A DNA stretch of 24,037 nucleotides, taken from NCBI GenBank assembly GCA_043767805.1, contig JAYUGC010000159.1:1-24037 (forward strand), read 5' to 3'. Under the pieces are notes generated by a model. That model searched no databases, was not told where the DNA came from, and saw only the letters and a program-made list of their open reading frames with translations. Origin of the DNA: Pseudomonadota bacterium. Its GTDB lineage: Bacteria > Bdellovibrionota > FAC87 > UBA2466. Shown here in pieces: positions 1 to 7,285 of this stretch; positions within the stretch are counted from its first letter, which is position 1; each line of letters begins with the position of its first letter. A program made the translations under genes and the position numbers.

Positions 1-99
1 AACCGCCGTCGTCAGGGTGAGAAAAACACCCCGCAGGGTGCCGTCGCTTAGGTGAGAATTTCAGGCTCTAAAGTGCCGTCGGGTGGGTGAGACGGAACA
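1..99. mobile_element. Probable terminal end of a DDE transposon/IS (IS21, Tn402 or Tn7 type); the element body lies upstream of the window
   Basis: Three copies of GCCGTCG-N4-GGTGAGA at 5-22, 40-57 and 75-92 (exact 35-bp period), followed by ...CGGAACA ending at 99. On the minus strand this reads TGTTCCGTCTCACC-N4-CGACGGCAC: a 5'-TGT terminus plus repeated binding sites. All three + frames contain stops here. No transposase is visible. Confidence 0.5.
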
Positions 100-300
100 A
101 TCGCGACGAAGCTTTACTGTGACTCCCTGCTTAACGAGGACCCCTGTGCCATTCGCTGGATGTACCACGACACCAAAGACCTTGCGGGTGAGGAAAGTAT
201 CTGTGAGGTCGTGATGGAGTGGAACGGCGAACGCTACGCTAAACCAAAGTGGAGCTGCCGGCGCGTGTTCGCGGACGGCCAGGCCTTAACTCCTTCTTAA
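100..300 (+). pseudogene. 3' remnant of a CDS apparently decapitated by the insertion ending at 99
   Basis: Open frame IATKLYCDSLLNEDPCAIRWMYHDTKDLAGEESICEVVMEWNGERYAKPKWSCRRVFADGQALTPS* ends at TAA 298-300. It is protein-like but has no start before the internal ATG at 160. No family recognised. Confidence 0.4.
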
Positions 301-324
301 GCCGTAACCAAACGAGTAATCGGA

Positions 325-351
325 GGGCTCGGGGTTTATGGCCCCGGGCCC
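325..351. other. GC-rich stem-loop between the truncated CDS and the coupling protein gene
   Basis: GGGCTCGGGGT (325-335) pairs with GCCCCGGGCCC (341-351) with G-U wobbles around loop TTATG. There is no U-tract, so it is not a canonical terminator. Confidence 0.45.
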
Positions 352-450
352 GGCCGCTTACACGGAGGACCTATGTTTTATCCCGAACCTAGACCATAAG
401 CCATTTCCGAGCGCGTGCATTCCGGCCCCACTTAAGAAGGAAGGTAAATA

Positions 451-2043
451 ATGTCTCTCTTTTATCCCGATTCTCCGAAAACTGACCCTAAGCAAGACGA
501 CGCCTCAGTACGTGGCGCCATTGTGACGATATTCACGCTACTTGTCGTGCTGGGTGCCAACAAACTCCCCCGACTGGAGTGGTGGTACTTCAAGTATTTC
601 CAGGAACTATACCTCGGCGGCTACGCCTTTATTGCGATCTTCATCGTGGCGACCATCTGGTTCATCAAGAAAAAGACGAGGCCACTCATCGACCGGATCC
701 ATATCCTAGATGAGGTTGGTCGCTCGCGGGATTCAATCCTGGTCGGAGCCACAGCCGACGGGGTGAAACTATATCTCTCGGAAGATGATCGGACAGGTCA
801 TATTCAGGTCCTCGGAGCGACTGGACGCGGGAAAACTGAGAGCGTCATCATTGCTTGGATGTGCCGCGACATCCTAGCTGGAAGAGACGTCATCCTTATC
901 GATGGTAAAGGCGATCCTGACATCCTGGAAGCAATTAGGATCGTAGCCGAGAAGAGTTCTTTCCACCCAGAGGTGAAGGTCTTTGACCTTGGAAACTTGA
1001 GTCAGTCCTGCGCTACGAATCCCCTCCGGTATGGATCCGCCCAACAGATCACGGACCGGCTCTTCACGGCGTTCGAGTTCCAAGATCCGTATTACCGGGC
1101 GGTTCAGTACGATATTGCGGGAAGTATCGTTCAGCTCGTCTTGGAGGCGGACGAAACAGTCACCTTCAAGCGGCTCTATGAGCTTTTGACCTGTGACACC
1201 GCCCTCGGGAAGGCCATCGCTGAAATCAAAAACGATGCCCTAAAGATAAAGGTCACTAAGTTCCTTTCAACGCCCATCAGGAGCCGGGAGGAGAAACTCT
1301 CTGGGCTTCTAAGCCAAATCGCTCCCTTTGCAGTCGGTGAGGTAGCTGAAATCGTCAACGGACCAACCGCCGATAGGCCGGAGGAATGCGCAATTTCCGA
1401 TCTCGTCCTTAAAAACTCTAGACCGGGTGGTTTACGGGATCAGCATGTGTTTGTCGTTCTCCTGCCGACGCTGAAATACCAACAGCTTGGCCACCAGCTA
1501 GGAAAGCTACTCCTCCAGGAACTCGGATGGGCCATTGGGGAAAGATCCAGTCGGAGTGGGAAAAATGCCCCGTTCTTGCCGGTTTTTCTCGATGAGTTCG
1601 CGGCCTTCGTCTATGAGGGCTTCACCAGTATTCTCAACAAAGCGCGCACAAGCCGTGTGGCACTTCACTTGTCCCATCAAAGCCTCGGTGATCTCGCAGT
1701 TGTATCACCGGAATTTGCGCAGGTGGTCACTACCAACACCAACGTGAAGTGCATTTTGGGGCTAAACGATCCTGAGAGTGCCGACTTCATGGCGCGCCAC
1801 TTGGGAACCGAGACCGCAGAAAAAATCACGGAGCAGGCTGAACAGGGCGGCATGTGGGCCACTCGCCAAAAGACGGGAAGCGTCTCGGTGCGGGAGGTGG
1901 AAGCCTACAAGATCCATCCCAACCTATTAAAGAACTACACGCACGGCAAAGGGGTGCTGCACTTGCCCACGCGCCGTGGAAACGTCACCGAGGAAATCCA
2001 GTTCCAACGTGTTTCGAGGGGTGAGGTTTATGGAAATGAGTGA
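451..2043 (+). CDS. Type IV coupling protein (VirD4/TraD/TraG family ATPase)
   Basis: Two N-terminal hydrophobic helices, Walker A GATGRGKT, IDGKGD, Walker B FLDEF, HQSLGDL, and DPESADFMARHLGT typical of the TraD C-terminal domain. RBS AAGGAAGG upstream. Confidence 0.9.
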   Translation: MSLFYPDSPKTDPKQDDASVRGAIVTIFTLLVVLGANKLPRLEWWYFKYFQELYLGGYAFIAIFIVATIWFIKKKTRPLIDRIHILDEVGRSRDSILVGATADGVKLYLSEDDRTGHIQVLGATGRGKTESVIIAWMCRDILAGRDVILIDGKGDPDILEAIRIVAEKSSFHPEVKVFDLGNLSQSCATNPLRYGSAQQITDRLFTAFEFQDPYYRAVQYDIAGSIVQLVLEADETVTFKRLYELLTCDTALGKAIAEIKNDALKIKVTKFLSTPIRSREEKLSGLLSQIAPFAVGEVAEIVNGPTADRPEECAISDLVLKNSRPGGLRDQHVFVVLLPTLKYQQLGHQLGKLLLQELGWAIGERSSRSGKNAPFLPVFLDEFAAFVYEGFTSILNKARTSRVALHLSHQSLGDLAVVSPEFAQVVTTNTNVKCILGLNDPESADFMARHLGTETAEKITEQAEQGGMWATRQKTGSVSVREVEAYKIHPNLLKNYTHGKGVLHLPTRRGNVTEEIQFQRVSRGEVYGNE

Positions 2044-2791
2044 AGGGCCGTTGAAAGTAAGGCTCACCAGAAGAGACGGATCCATCCTGGAAGATTGCTA
2101 CCGGCAAACTGTCCTGAGCTTTACTCAAATGCGAGAAAGGCACTTTCCGGGTAAAGCCGTTACCACGGTATCTAATCGGCTGGGGCAGCTCTGCCGGGGA
2201 GGGTATCTAAAAAGAACCAGGGTAACTTTGCCGGGCTACGGTGGCGCGGGTGAGGTCGGGGTGGTCTACCAGGTAACAAAGCTCACGCTTGGTTGTCTCC
2301 AGCGCCGCCATCCCGATGAAGTGATCTCAAGGCAAGTAGTCCCCCTCAACCTGAATCAGCTAGGCCATGATCTGCGACTCAGCGACACCATATCGGCATT
2401 GAGAAAGCGCTTTTCCAGTCACCAGATTATCCATGGGACGCATTTTCATAGGGCCAATCCCGGAGAAAAAAAGCACCCGGACGCGATCCTTGTGGACTCG
2501 GGAGACGAGCAAATCGCCGTGGAGCTGGAGCTGACCGCAAAATCTGAGAACCGCTACCGAGCCATTGTTCTCGAGTACCGGCTCCATTCTCGGTTTGGGA
2601 AAGTGCTGTACGTCGTGTTGGGCCGGGCCATTTCACAAAAAATCCAGTACCAGATTACTCAATCAAGAAGCCTTCCGGGCCTGCCAGCGATCCCAACTGG
2701 GAAGTTCTATTTCACCACCCTTCGAGACCTACTACGCAGTCCTCTGCAAGCTCCCATCACAAATGGCCGCGACCTTTTGGTCGTGTCCTAA
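2030..2791 (+). CDS. Replication-relaxation (Replic_Relax, MOB-L-like) relaxase
   Basis: N-terminal winged HTH (LTRRDGSIL...VSNRLGQLCRGGYL...VYQVT), then LGHDL, HPDAIL, IAVELELTAKSENRY and KVLYVV (PD-(D/E)xK-like core). Start moved to ATG 2030 after GAGG; overlaps the end of the coupling protein gene. Confidence 0.8.
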   Translation: MEMSEGPLKVRLTRRDGSILEDCYRQTVLSFTQMRERHFPGKAVTTVSNRLGQLCRGGYLKRTRVTLPGYGGAGEVGVVYQVTKLTLGCLQRRHPDEVISRQVVPLNLNQLGHDLRLSDTISALRKRFSSHQIIHGTHFHRANPGEKKHPDAILVDSGDEQIAVELELTAKSENRYRAIVLEYRLHSRFGKVLYVVLGRAISQKIQYQITQSRSLPGLPAIPTGKFYFTTLRDLLRSPLQAPITNGRDLLVVS

Positions 2792-2820
2792 CCTGTAAAG
2801 TCCAAGAAAGTGAGAAAAAC

Positions 2821-3123
2821 ATGGTGACCCTACGTGACAAACTAGGCGGACGCGAAAACGTGCTGTGGCTTTTATATAAATTCGTCAGGCCGAGTACCTG
2901 GGTGATCGTCATAGGAGCTATTCGCTTCTGGAAGTTCGCGCAATACGGCACCCTGATGTACCCAGAGCTGAAACCAGGCAAGATGAGCATCCCTGCGGCC
3001 TTCGAGCTATTTGCGAAACAAAGCATCGAGCCGCTCTTTCTGTGGCTGCTACTCTTCCTGTTTCTGGAAGCACTCGTCGTTAGGCCGGCTTACGAGAAAT
3101 ACGTCATCGCCAACGAGGACTAG
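2821..3123 (+). CDS. Small hypothetical membrane protein (100 aa)
   Basis: ATG start, co-oriented with neighbours, hydrophobic segments WVIVIGAIRFW and LFLWLLLFLFLEALVV. Confidence 0.65.
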   Translation: MVTLRDKLGGRENVLWLLYKFVRPSTWVIVIGAIRFWKFAQYGTLMYPELKPGKMSIPAAFELFAKQSIEPLFLWLLLFLFLEALVVRPAYEKYVIANED

Positions 3124-3125
3124 AC

Positions 3126-3166
3126 CCAAAAGTCACCCCCGAATGAGGTTTTGGGGGGACTTTTGG
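3126..3166. repeat. Inverted repeat/hairpin
   Basis: CCAAAAGTC (3126-3134) pairs with GACTTTTGG (3158-3166); inner CCCCC (3136-3140) pairs with GGGGG (3153-3157). Confidence 0.8.
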
Positions 3167-3194
3167 ACTTTGCCTATCAGGATCCAGAGATAAC

Positions 3195-3343
3195 TACTCG
3201 TAAGCATTCCCGCCCCCCAATCCGCGGTAGTTGTGGTTCCGGGCTCTTCGCTCGCTGACCTCACTCCCTCTACGATGGATTGAGGTCAGCGAGACACCCT
3301 ACACCACAACACCAAGGACAGGGGGGCGGGAAGGAACGAGGTA
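3195..3343. other. Long nested inverted repeat (rod-like hairpin); oriT, single-strand origin or ncRNA candidate
   Basis: Concentric perfect stems: 3251-3263/3281-3293 (13 bp), 3230-3237/3303-3310 (8 bp), 3207-3218/3321-3332 (12 bp) and 3197-3201/3336-3340 (5 bp). The structure is seen directly; the function is inferred. Confidence 0.7.
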
Positions 3344-3386
3344 AGGGAAAAAGGTTCATAAAAAATTACAAAAACAAAAAATCTCA

Positions 3387-3746
3387 ATGGGGAAAGACAT
3401 GGAAAAATCGAAATCGACAACCGGCACTAAATCGAAGCTCAAGAAAGTCACCATTACGGAGGAGGCTGAGAAGGCACTGGATCGAATGCACAGCTCGATT
3501 AACCAGGGGAACAACGGAGGGAAGGTTAGCAGAATCGATCTACTCTCCTGGGCGATACTTCATTTTGAAAAGAATTCCTTTTCCGAGACCATTGAGGACA
3601 TTCGCCGTGCGCACTTCGACCGCCTCGCCTATCTGGGATCGGTCTATGACCAACTAAAAAAAGCACAACGTGATGGCACTATTGAACCGGACCTCGCGGA
3701 ACTTTTGGCCCCTCTTTCATCTACGACGGTCCGAGAAGGCAATTAG
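3387..3746 (+). CDS. Hypothetical protein, probably ribbon-helix-helix-like DNA-binding (relaxosome accessory or regulator)
   Basis: Strand-helix-helix pattern KKVTIT-EEAEKALDRM...GKVSRIDLLSWAI. Start may be ATG 3399. Confidence 0.6.
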   Translation: MGKDMEKSKSTTGTKSKLKKVTITEEAEKALDRMHSSINQGNNGGKVSRIDLLSWAILHFEKNSFSETIEDIRRAHFDRLAYLGSVYDQLKKAQRDGTIEPDLAELLAPLSSTTVREGN

Positions 3747-3824
3747 GCAGGTACTTTTTTCGCGCTGCTCAAGGCTGCTCCATTGCTATTTCATGTCCTG
3801 TCTCTAAGTAATTCAGGAGCCCCT

Positions 3825-4148
3825 TTGAAAACATTTGAATCTACTTCCGTCCCGGAAAATATCCGGAGTGAAGGCCTTTCCACGCCCCTCGTCTGTACTA
3901 TTACGCAACTCGCCACCACTCTCCAGGTCCCTGTAAAAACGATCTATTACTGGGTTCACCGAAAACAGATTCCCTTCGTCAAAATGGGCCGGCACCTGCG
4001 TTTCAATCCAACGGATGTTCTGGGCGCCTTCGTGGCAAAGACTGCGGGAGAAGGGACTCCTTGCTTCGGGGATCGGCCCATATTAAAAGATCCAGGACGT
4101 AGGTCTTTGAAAATTAGGAACGCAAATCCTGCTCAAACCAAGGAGTAG
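3825..4148 (+). CDS. Excisionase-like helix-turn-helix protein (HTH_17/MerR-like)
   Basis: TITQLATTLQVPVKTIYYWVHRKQIPFVKMGRHLRF is a typical Xis pattern, directly upstream of the integrase. TTG 3825 follows AGGAG (3815-3819); the track start is 3783. Confidence 0.85.
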   Translation: MKTFESTSVPENIRSEGLSTPLVCTITQLATTLQVPVKTIYYWVHRKQIPFVKMGRHLRFNPTDVLGAFVAKTAGEGTPCFGDRPILKDPGRRSLKIRNANPAQTKE

Positions 4149-4151
4149 GAA

Positions 4152-5318
4152 ATGCCAATATACATAAGAGGAAATAGCTTCCAGGTGAAGCTACTGGATG
4201 CGAATGGCTTCTGGATTACGAAGACGTTCCGGTCGAGGCGGGATGCCGAGCTTTTCGAGGCTCGAACCAAAGTGCAAAGGCTTGGTGGAGAATCGGTTCA
4301 GGGCTCAGGCCAACAACCCACGCTCGATACTTATTTCGAACAATGGTTTGAAACCGTAAGACACCAAGCTTCCGACGGATGGCGCAGTACCCAGAAGCAA
4401 CTGTATCAGCACTATGTCTCCCCCTTTCTGGGAGATAAGAGACTGCAGAAAATAACACCGCCTATGGTCTCTCACGTTCTTAACCGCATGAGAGAGAAGG
4501 GCATGTCCGATCAGCTCCAATTACACGTCTATGCGCTTCTGAAGAAGATGATGCGAGACGCGATGGAACTGTTCATGATCCTGCCTCACAATCCAGTGCT
4601 TCGAACGATGCGGCCCAAGGTTCCTACGAAAGAGGCAAGGCATCTTGCCATCGATGAGTTGAAGAAACTGATGACTCATGTGGTGGGGAAGCCTTACGGG
4701 GTCGCGGTTTGGCTCCAGGCCTTCCTGGGCCTTCGGGTAGGAGAACTGCAGGCCCTAACTTGGGGCAATGTGGATCTCAACGAGGGAGTCATTCGAATCT
4801 GCCGGAACTACATCCGGCAGGAAAAGAAGTTCCGCGATTACCCGAAGGGGAGAAAGCAGCATAGCCACAAGGTTCCTCCAGAACTCCTCGCTCTCCTGAA
4901 GAGGGAGAGGGAAGTCTCTAGGAACGAATTTGTGGTTTCTGATCCTGACGGGGCGATCCTTAGATACGAGTCCTACAACCGGGCTCTGGGGGCCTATTGC
5001 GAGGAGCTTAAAATCTCCTTCATCGGGACCCACGGTCTGAGGCACTCGACGGCGGAACTCTACCTAGCGAATGGTGCGACCTCGGATGACCTGAGAAGGT
5101 TGTTCGCGCATTCGTCGTCTCGGGTGACTGAGAGGTACATCCATAACAAGGGAACGCGGTTGGAGGAGATCTCGGGGAGCATGAGGCTCTTTGATAAGTC
5201 GCCACCACCGCACGCTGAACCGACTACTACCGATGATGACCGATTGGAACTTTCCCAAAGTTTCCCAAATAACGCGGTTGCGAAGGTGATTTCGATTCAA
5301 CGAAGGAGGTTAAGTTAA
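4152..5318 (+). CDS. Tyrosine recombinase/integrase
   Basis: Full catalytic set: GLRVGEL (R), PKG (K), HGLRH (HxxR), FAH (H) and TERY (Y). SAM-like core-binding domain present. RBS GGAGTAGGA. Confidence 0.95.
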   Translation: MPIYIRGNSFQVKLLDANGFWITKTFRSRRDAELFEARTKVQRLGGESVQGSGQQPTLDTYFEQWFETVRHQASDGWRSTQKQLYQHYVSPFLGDKRLQKITPPMVSHVLNRMREKGMSDQLQLHVYALLKKMMRDAMELFMILPHNPVLRTMRPKVPTKEARHLAIDELKKLMTHVVGKPYGVAVWLQAFLGLRVGELQALTWGNVDLNEGVIRICRNYIRQEKKFRDYPKGRKQHSHKVPPELLALLKREREVSRNEFVVSDPDGAILRYESYNRALGAYCEELKISFIGTHGLRHSTAELYLANGATSDDLRRLFAHSSSRVTERYIHNKGTRLEEISGSMRLFDKSPPPHAEPTTTDDDRLELSQSFPNNAVAKVISIQRRRLS

Positions 5319-5338
5319 TGAAATAGAAAGAGGAAAAT

Positions 5339-5415
5339 TGGAGCGGGAGACGAGGTTCGAACTCGCTACCCTCAGCTTGGAAGGCTGATGCTCTAGCCAA
5401 ATGAGCTACTCCCGC
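5339..5415 (-). tRNA. tRNA-Gly, anticodon TCC
   Basis: Minus strand GCGGGAGTAGCTCATTTGGCTAGAGCATCAGCCTTCCAAGCTGAGGGTAGCGAGTTCGAACCTCGTCTCCCGCTCCA. Acceptor stem GCGGGAG/CTCCCGC, anticodon loop CTTCCAA, GTTCGAA T-loop, encoded CCA. Confidence 0.97.
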
Positions 5416-5515
5416 ATCCTAGAACAATCGCAAATTTTTGTGGCCCTTAACTTCGACGGGTCCCGCACCAGCCAGGGCTGATGGCACGTTAGATGCGGTC
5501 GCTACGCTCCCTTAG

Positions 5516-5542
5516 GCCAAATGAGCTACTCCCGCATCCTAG
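5516..5542 (-). repeat. Exact 27-bp duplicate of the tRNA-Gly 5' end plus leader
   Basis: GCCAAATGAGCTACTCCCGCATCCTAG occurs at 5396-5422 and 5516-5542, 120 bp apart. Confidence 0.92.
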
Positions 5543-5846
5543 GACAAAAGCCAAGAGACCCGAATACTTAGCATGAGACCCTAAAATCCGTCTACTTAGT
5601 TTTTTTGCCCGCCGAGATGGGGCTGGGGGCCTCCCGGAAATAGCGGGATTACTTAGGCTCTCTCTCGAGCCTTCCTTGAGGACTAATCATTGATCACATC
5701 TTTTTCACCCGCGCTCATGGTGGTTTAGCGCCGTCCATTGACGTTTCAACAATGCGGGAAAGAACAATGACTCCGGAGAATTGTCGCCCCATGTGACGAA
5801 TGATTAGCGCCAGCGAACGCGCCCAAATATCAAACGGAGAGTGCCG

Positions 5847-5882
5847 GGTCAAAGCGGTCAAAGCGGTCAAAGCGGTCAAAGC
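5847..5882. repeat. Tandem repeat (GGTCAAAGC)x4
   Basis: Four exact 9-bp units at 5847, 5856, 5865 and 5874. Confidence 0.95.
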
Positions 5883-5976
5883 AGAGAAAATAATGCCCAT
5901 AATTCCTTGAGCTTGGCTAAAACGTACCAGGTATCGAGATATCTTTTTGTCGGGAGGAACCCTTGGAGCGGTGAGT

Positions 5977-6909
5977 CTATTGAATGGCCTTGTCGCAAAT
6001 CTCCTGGAAGGCCCGCGCGAAAGAGCGCAGCAGGACATCGTCTTTCTTTTGGCCGTGGCACGCGAGCCAAACGCGGTACTTCCAGTAGCCGCCTTTGGGA
6101 CCCAGAACTCGGATGGATTTCTCCCGAATCTCCCGGGCCACGTAGAGCAGAGGCAGAAAGGCCATGCCCACTTCATCGATGACGGAGCGAACTAGCGACG
6201 CCATGACGTCACTCTCAAAGACCACGCGGCCTTTGAGAGAGTTCTCTTCGAAAAAATTATCGATCTCGGCCCGAAGCTTGAATCTGGAAGAAGGCATCAG
6301 CCACTGCGCGTCCTCTCCTCCGACGATCTCTTTAACGGCCGCTCCCGCTTTTAACTTTCCGGTATTAGACCGCGTCACCCAGTTGCTGGAACAGGTCAGT
6401 GCCACGGGAACTTCGGCGCGGGTCAAATTCTCGAGCTCGGGTTCCGTCATGGCGAAAGGCGTGACCACGGCGTCGAGCTCGTGAAAGCGCAAGCGCTCGA
6501 CCAGCTGCACGTGCGTCCCGGAAACGACCGTCACCTTCGGACGCTGCGCCAAACCATGTTTCTTGAGGAACAAGCTGACCACTTCCACTACGAAGGGCCG
6601 ATCCACTTCGTCCGAGACGCCGATGTGAATGCGCCTCGCCGCGGAAGGAATGCGCTTCGAAAGAAGCGCTCCGAGCTCCTCGGATAACTCGAACATCTTC
6701 GTACAAAGCCCATAAACGAGTGAGCCCGTGTCGGTCAGAACGTTGTTTCTCCCCACTCGGCGAAACAGTCTTACGTCGAGAGCCTCCTCCAAAACTTTTA
6801 GCTGGCTGCTCAAGGAAGGCTGGCTGATCTTCAGCCGGTCCGCCGCGAGCTTAACGCCGCCGGACTTCGCCGTAACGTAGAAGTAATACAAGTGGTTGAA
6901 GTTATACAT
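5977..6909 (-). CDS. LysR-family transcriptional regulator, NhaR-like
   Basis: N-terminus NFNHLYYFYVTAKSGGVKLAADRLKISQPSLSSQLKVLE is a LysR HTH of the NhaR subtype; C-terminal substrate-binding domain present. Confidence 0.93.
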   Translation of the reverse strand: MYNFNHLYYFYVTAKSGGVKLAADRLKISQPSLSSQLKVLEEALDVRLFRRVGRNNVLTDTGSLVYGLCTKMFELSEELGALLSKRIPSAARRIHIGVSDEVDRPFVVEVVSLFLKKHGLAQRPKVTVVSGTHVQLVERLRFHELDAVVTPFAMTEPELENLTRAEVPVALTCSSNWVTRSNTGKLKAGAAVKEIVGGEDAQWLMPSSRFKLRAEIDNFFEENSLKGRVVFESDVMASLVRSVIDEVGMAFLPLLYVAREIREKSIRVLGPKGGYWKYRVWLACHGQKKDDVLLRSFARAFQEICDKAIQ

Positions 6910-6960
6910 AGCTATTACCTATATAACACATGATTTTTATATATTTTTATTATGTTACCG
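6901..6960. promoter_or_regulatory. AT-rich divergent promoter region with a dyad, candidate LysR operator
   Basis: GTTATA (6901-6906) and TATAAC (6922-6927) form an inverted repeat overlapping the lysR start, followed by an AT-rich tract. Confidence 0.4.
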
Positions 6961-6994
6961 AACGCGCCAGTATGAATGGGAAGGGACAATAAAA

Positions 6995-7285
6995 ATGAAT
7001 AAAGCCACCAAAGACGCGTATCTGGACAAGATGAGCGCCCAGCTCGGCGAATGGGGCGCCCGCCTCGCCGTCGTCAAAGCCAAGATCGCTCAAGGCTCCG
7101 CCGACGTGCGGATCGATTACCAAAAACAGATTTCGGACTGGCAGAAGAAGGAAGCGAACTTCAAAGCCAAAATGGAAGAATTACGCGCCGCCGGCGCGGA
7201 AGGCTACGAAGCCGTCAAAGCTAGCGCGCATACCGCGTGGACGGAGCTAGCTACCATCGTCGACAAATTTGGAGATAAAAAATAA
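6995..7285 (+). CDS. Small coiled-coil protein (sll1863-like stress-response family)
   Basis: KDAYLDKMSAQLGEWGARL...EELRAAGAEGYEAVKASAHTAW matches the family pattern as I recall it. ATG 6995 after AGGGA; TAATG overlap with the next gene. Confidence 0.75.
   Translation: MNKATKDAYLDKMSAQLGEWGARLAVVKAKIAQGSADVRIDYQKQISDWQKKEANFKAKMEELRAAGAEGYEAVKASAHTAWTELATIVDKFGDKK

Larger units (their letters stand above)
1..5338. mobile_element. Integrative (mobilizable or conjugative) element integrated at the 3' end of tRNA-Gly(TCC); left boundary outside the window
   Basis: Co-oriented coupling protein, relaxase, xis-like gene and tyrosine integrase. The integrase stops 20 bp from the tRNA CCA end. The second att copy is not visible. 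Confidence 0.85.

Noticed and set aside
5..92. CRISPR or TIGR-type array
   Set aside because: Only three units are visible, the conserved part is split by 4 variable bases, the gaps are 17 nt, the two variable segments are unequal, and no cas or Nop-domain gene is in view. A transposon end fits better.
1976..2029. N-terminal extension of the relaxase given by the ORF track
   Set aside because: It lies deep within the coupling protein gene; ATG 2030 has an RBS and precedes the recognisable domain.
2810..2821. 12-bp match GTGAGAAAAACA to positions 17-28
   Set aside because: Several 12-bp matches are expected by chance in 24 kb, and the GCCGTCG half is missing.
3280..3657. 125-aa alternative-frame ORF
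   Set aside because: It overlaps the hairpin and the better ORF 3387-3746, and has low-complexity basic composition.
5516..5542. Second att site of the integrase element
   Set aside because: It duplicates the tRNA 5' end on the side opposite the integrase. The element's att would be a 3'-end copy upstream of the window.
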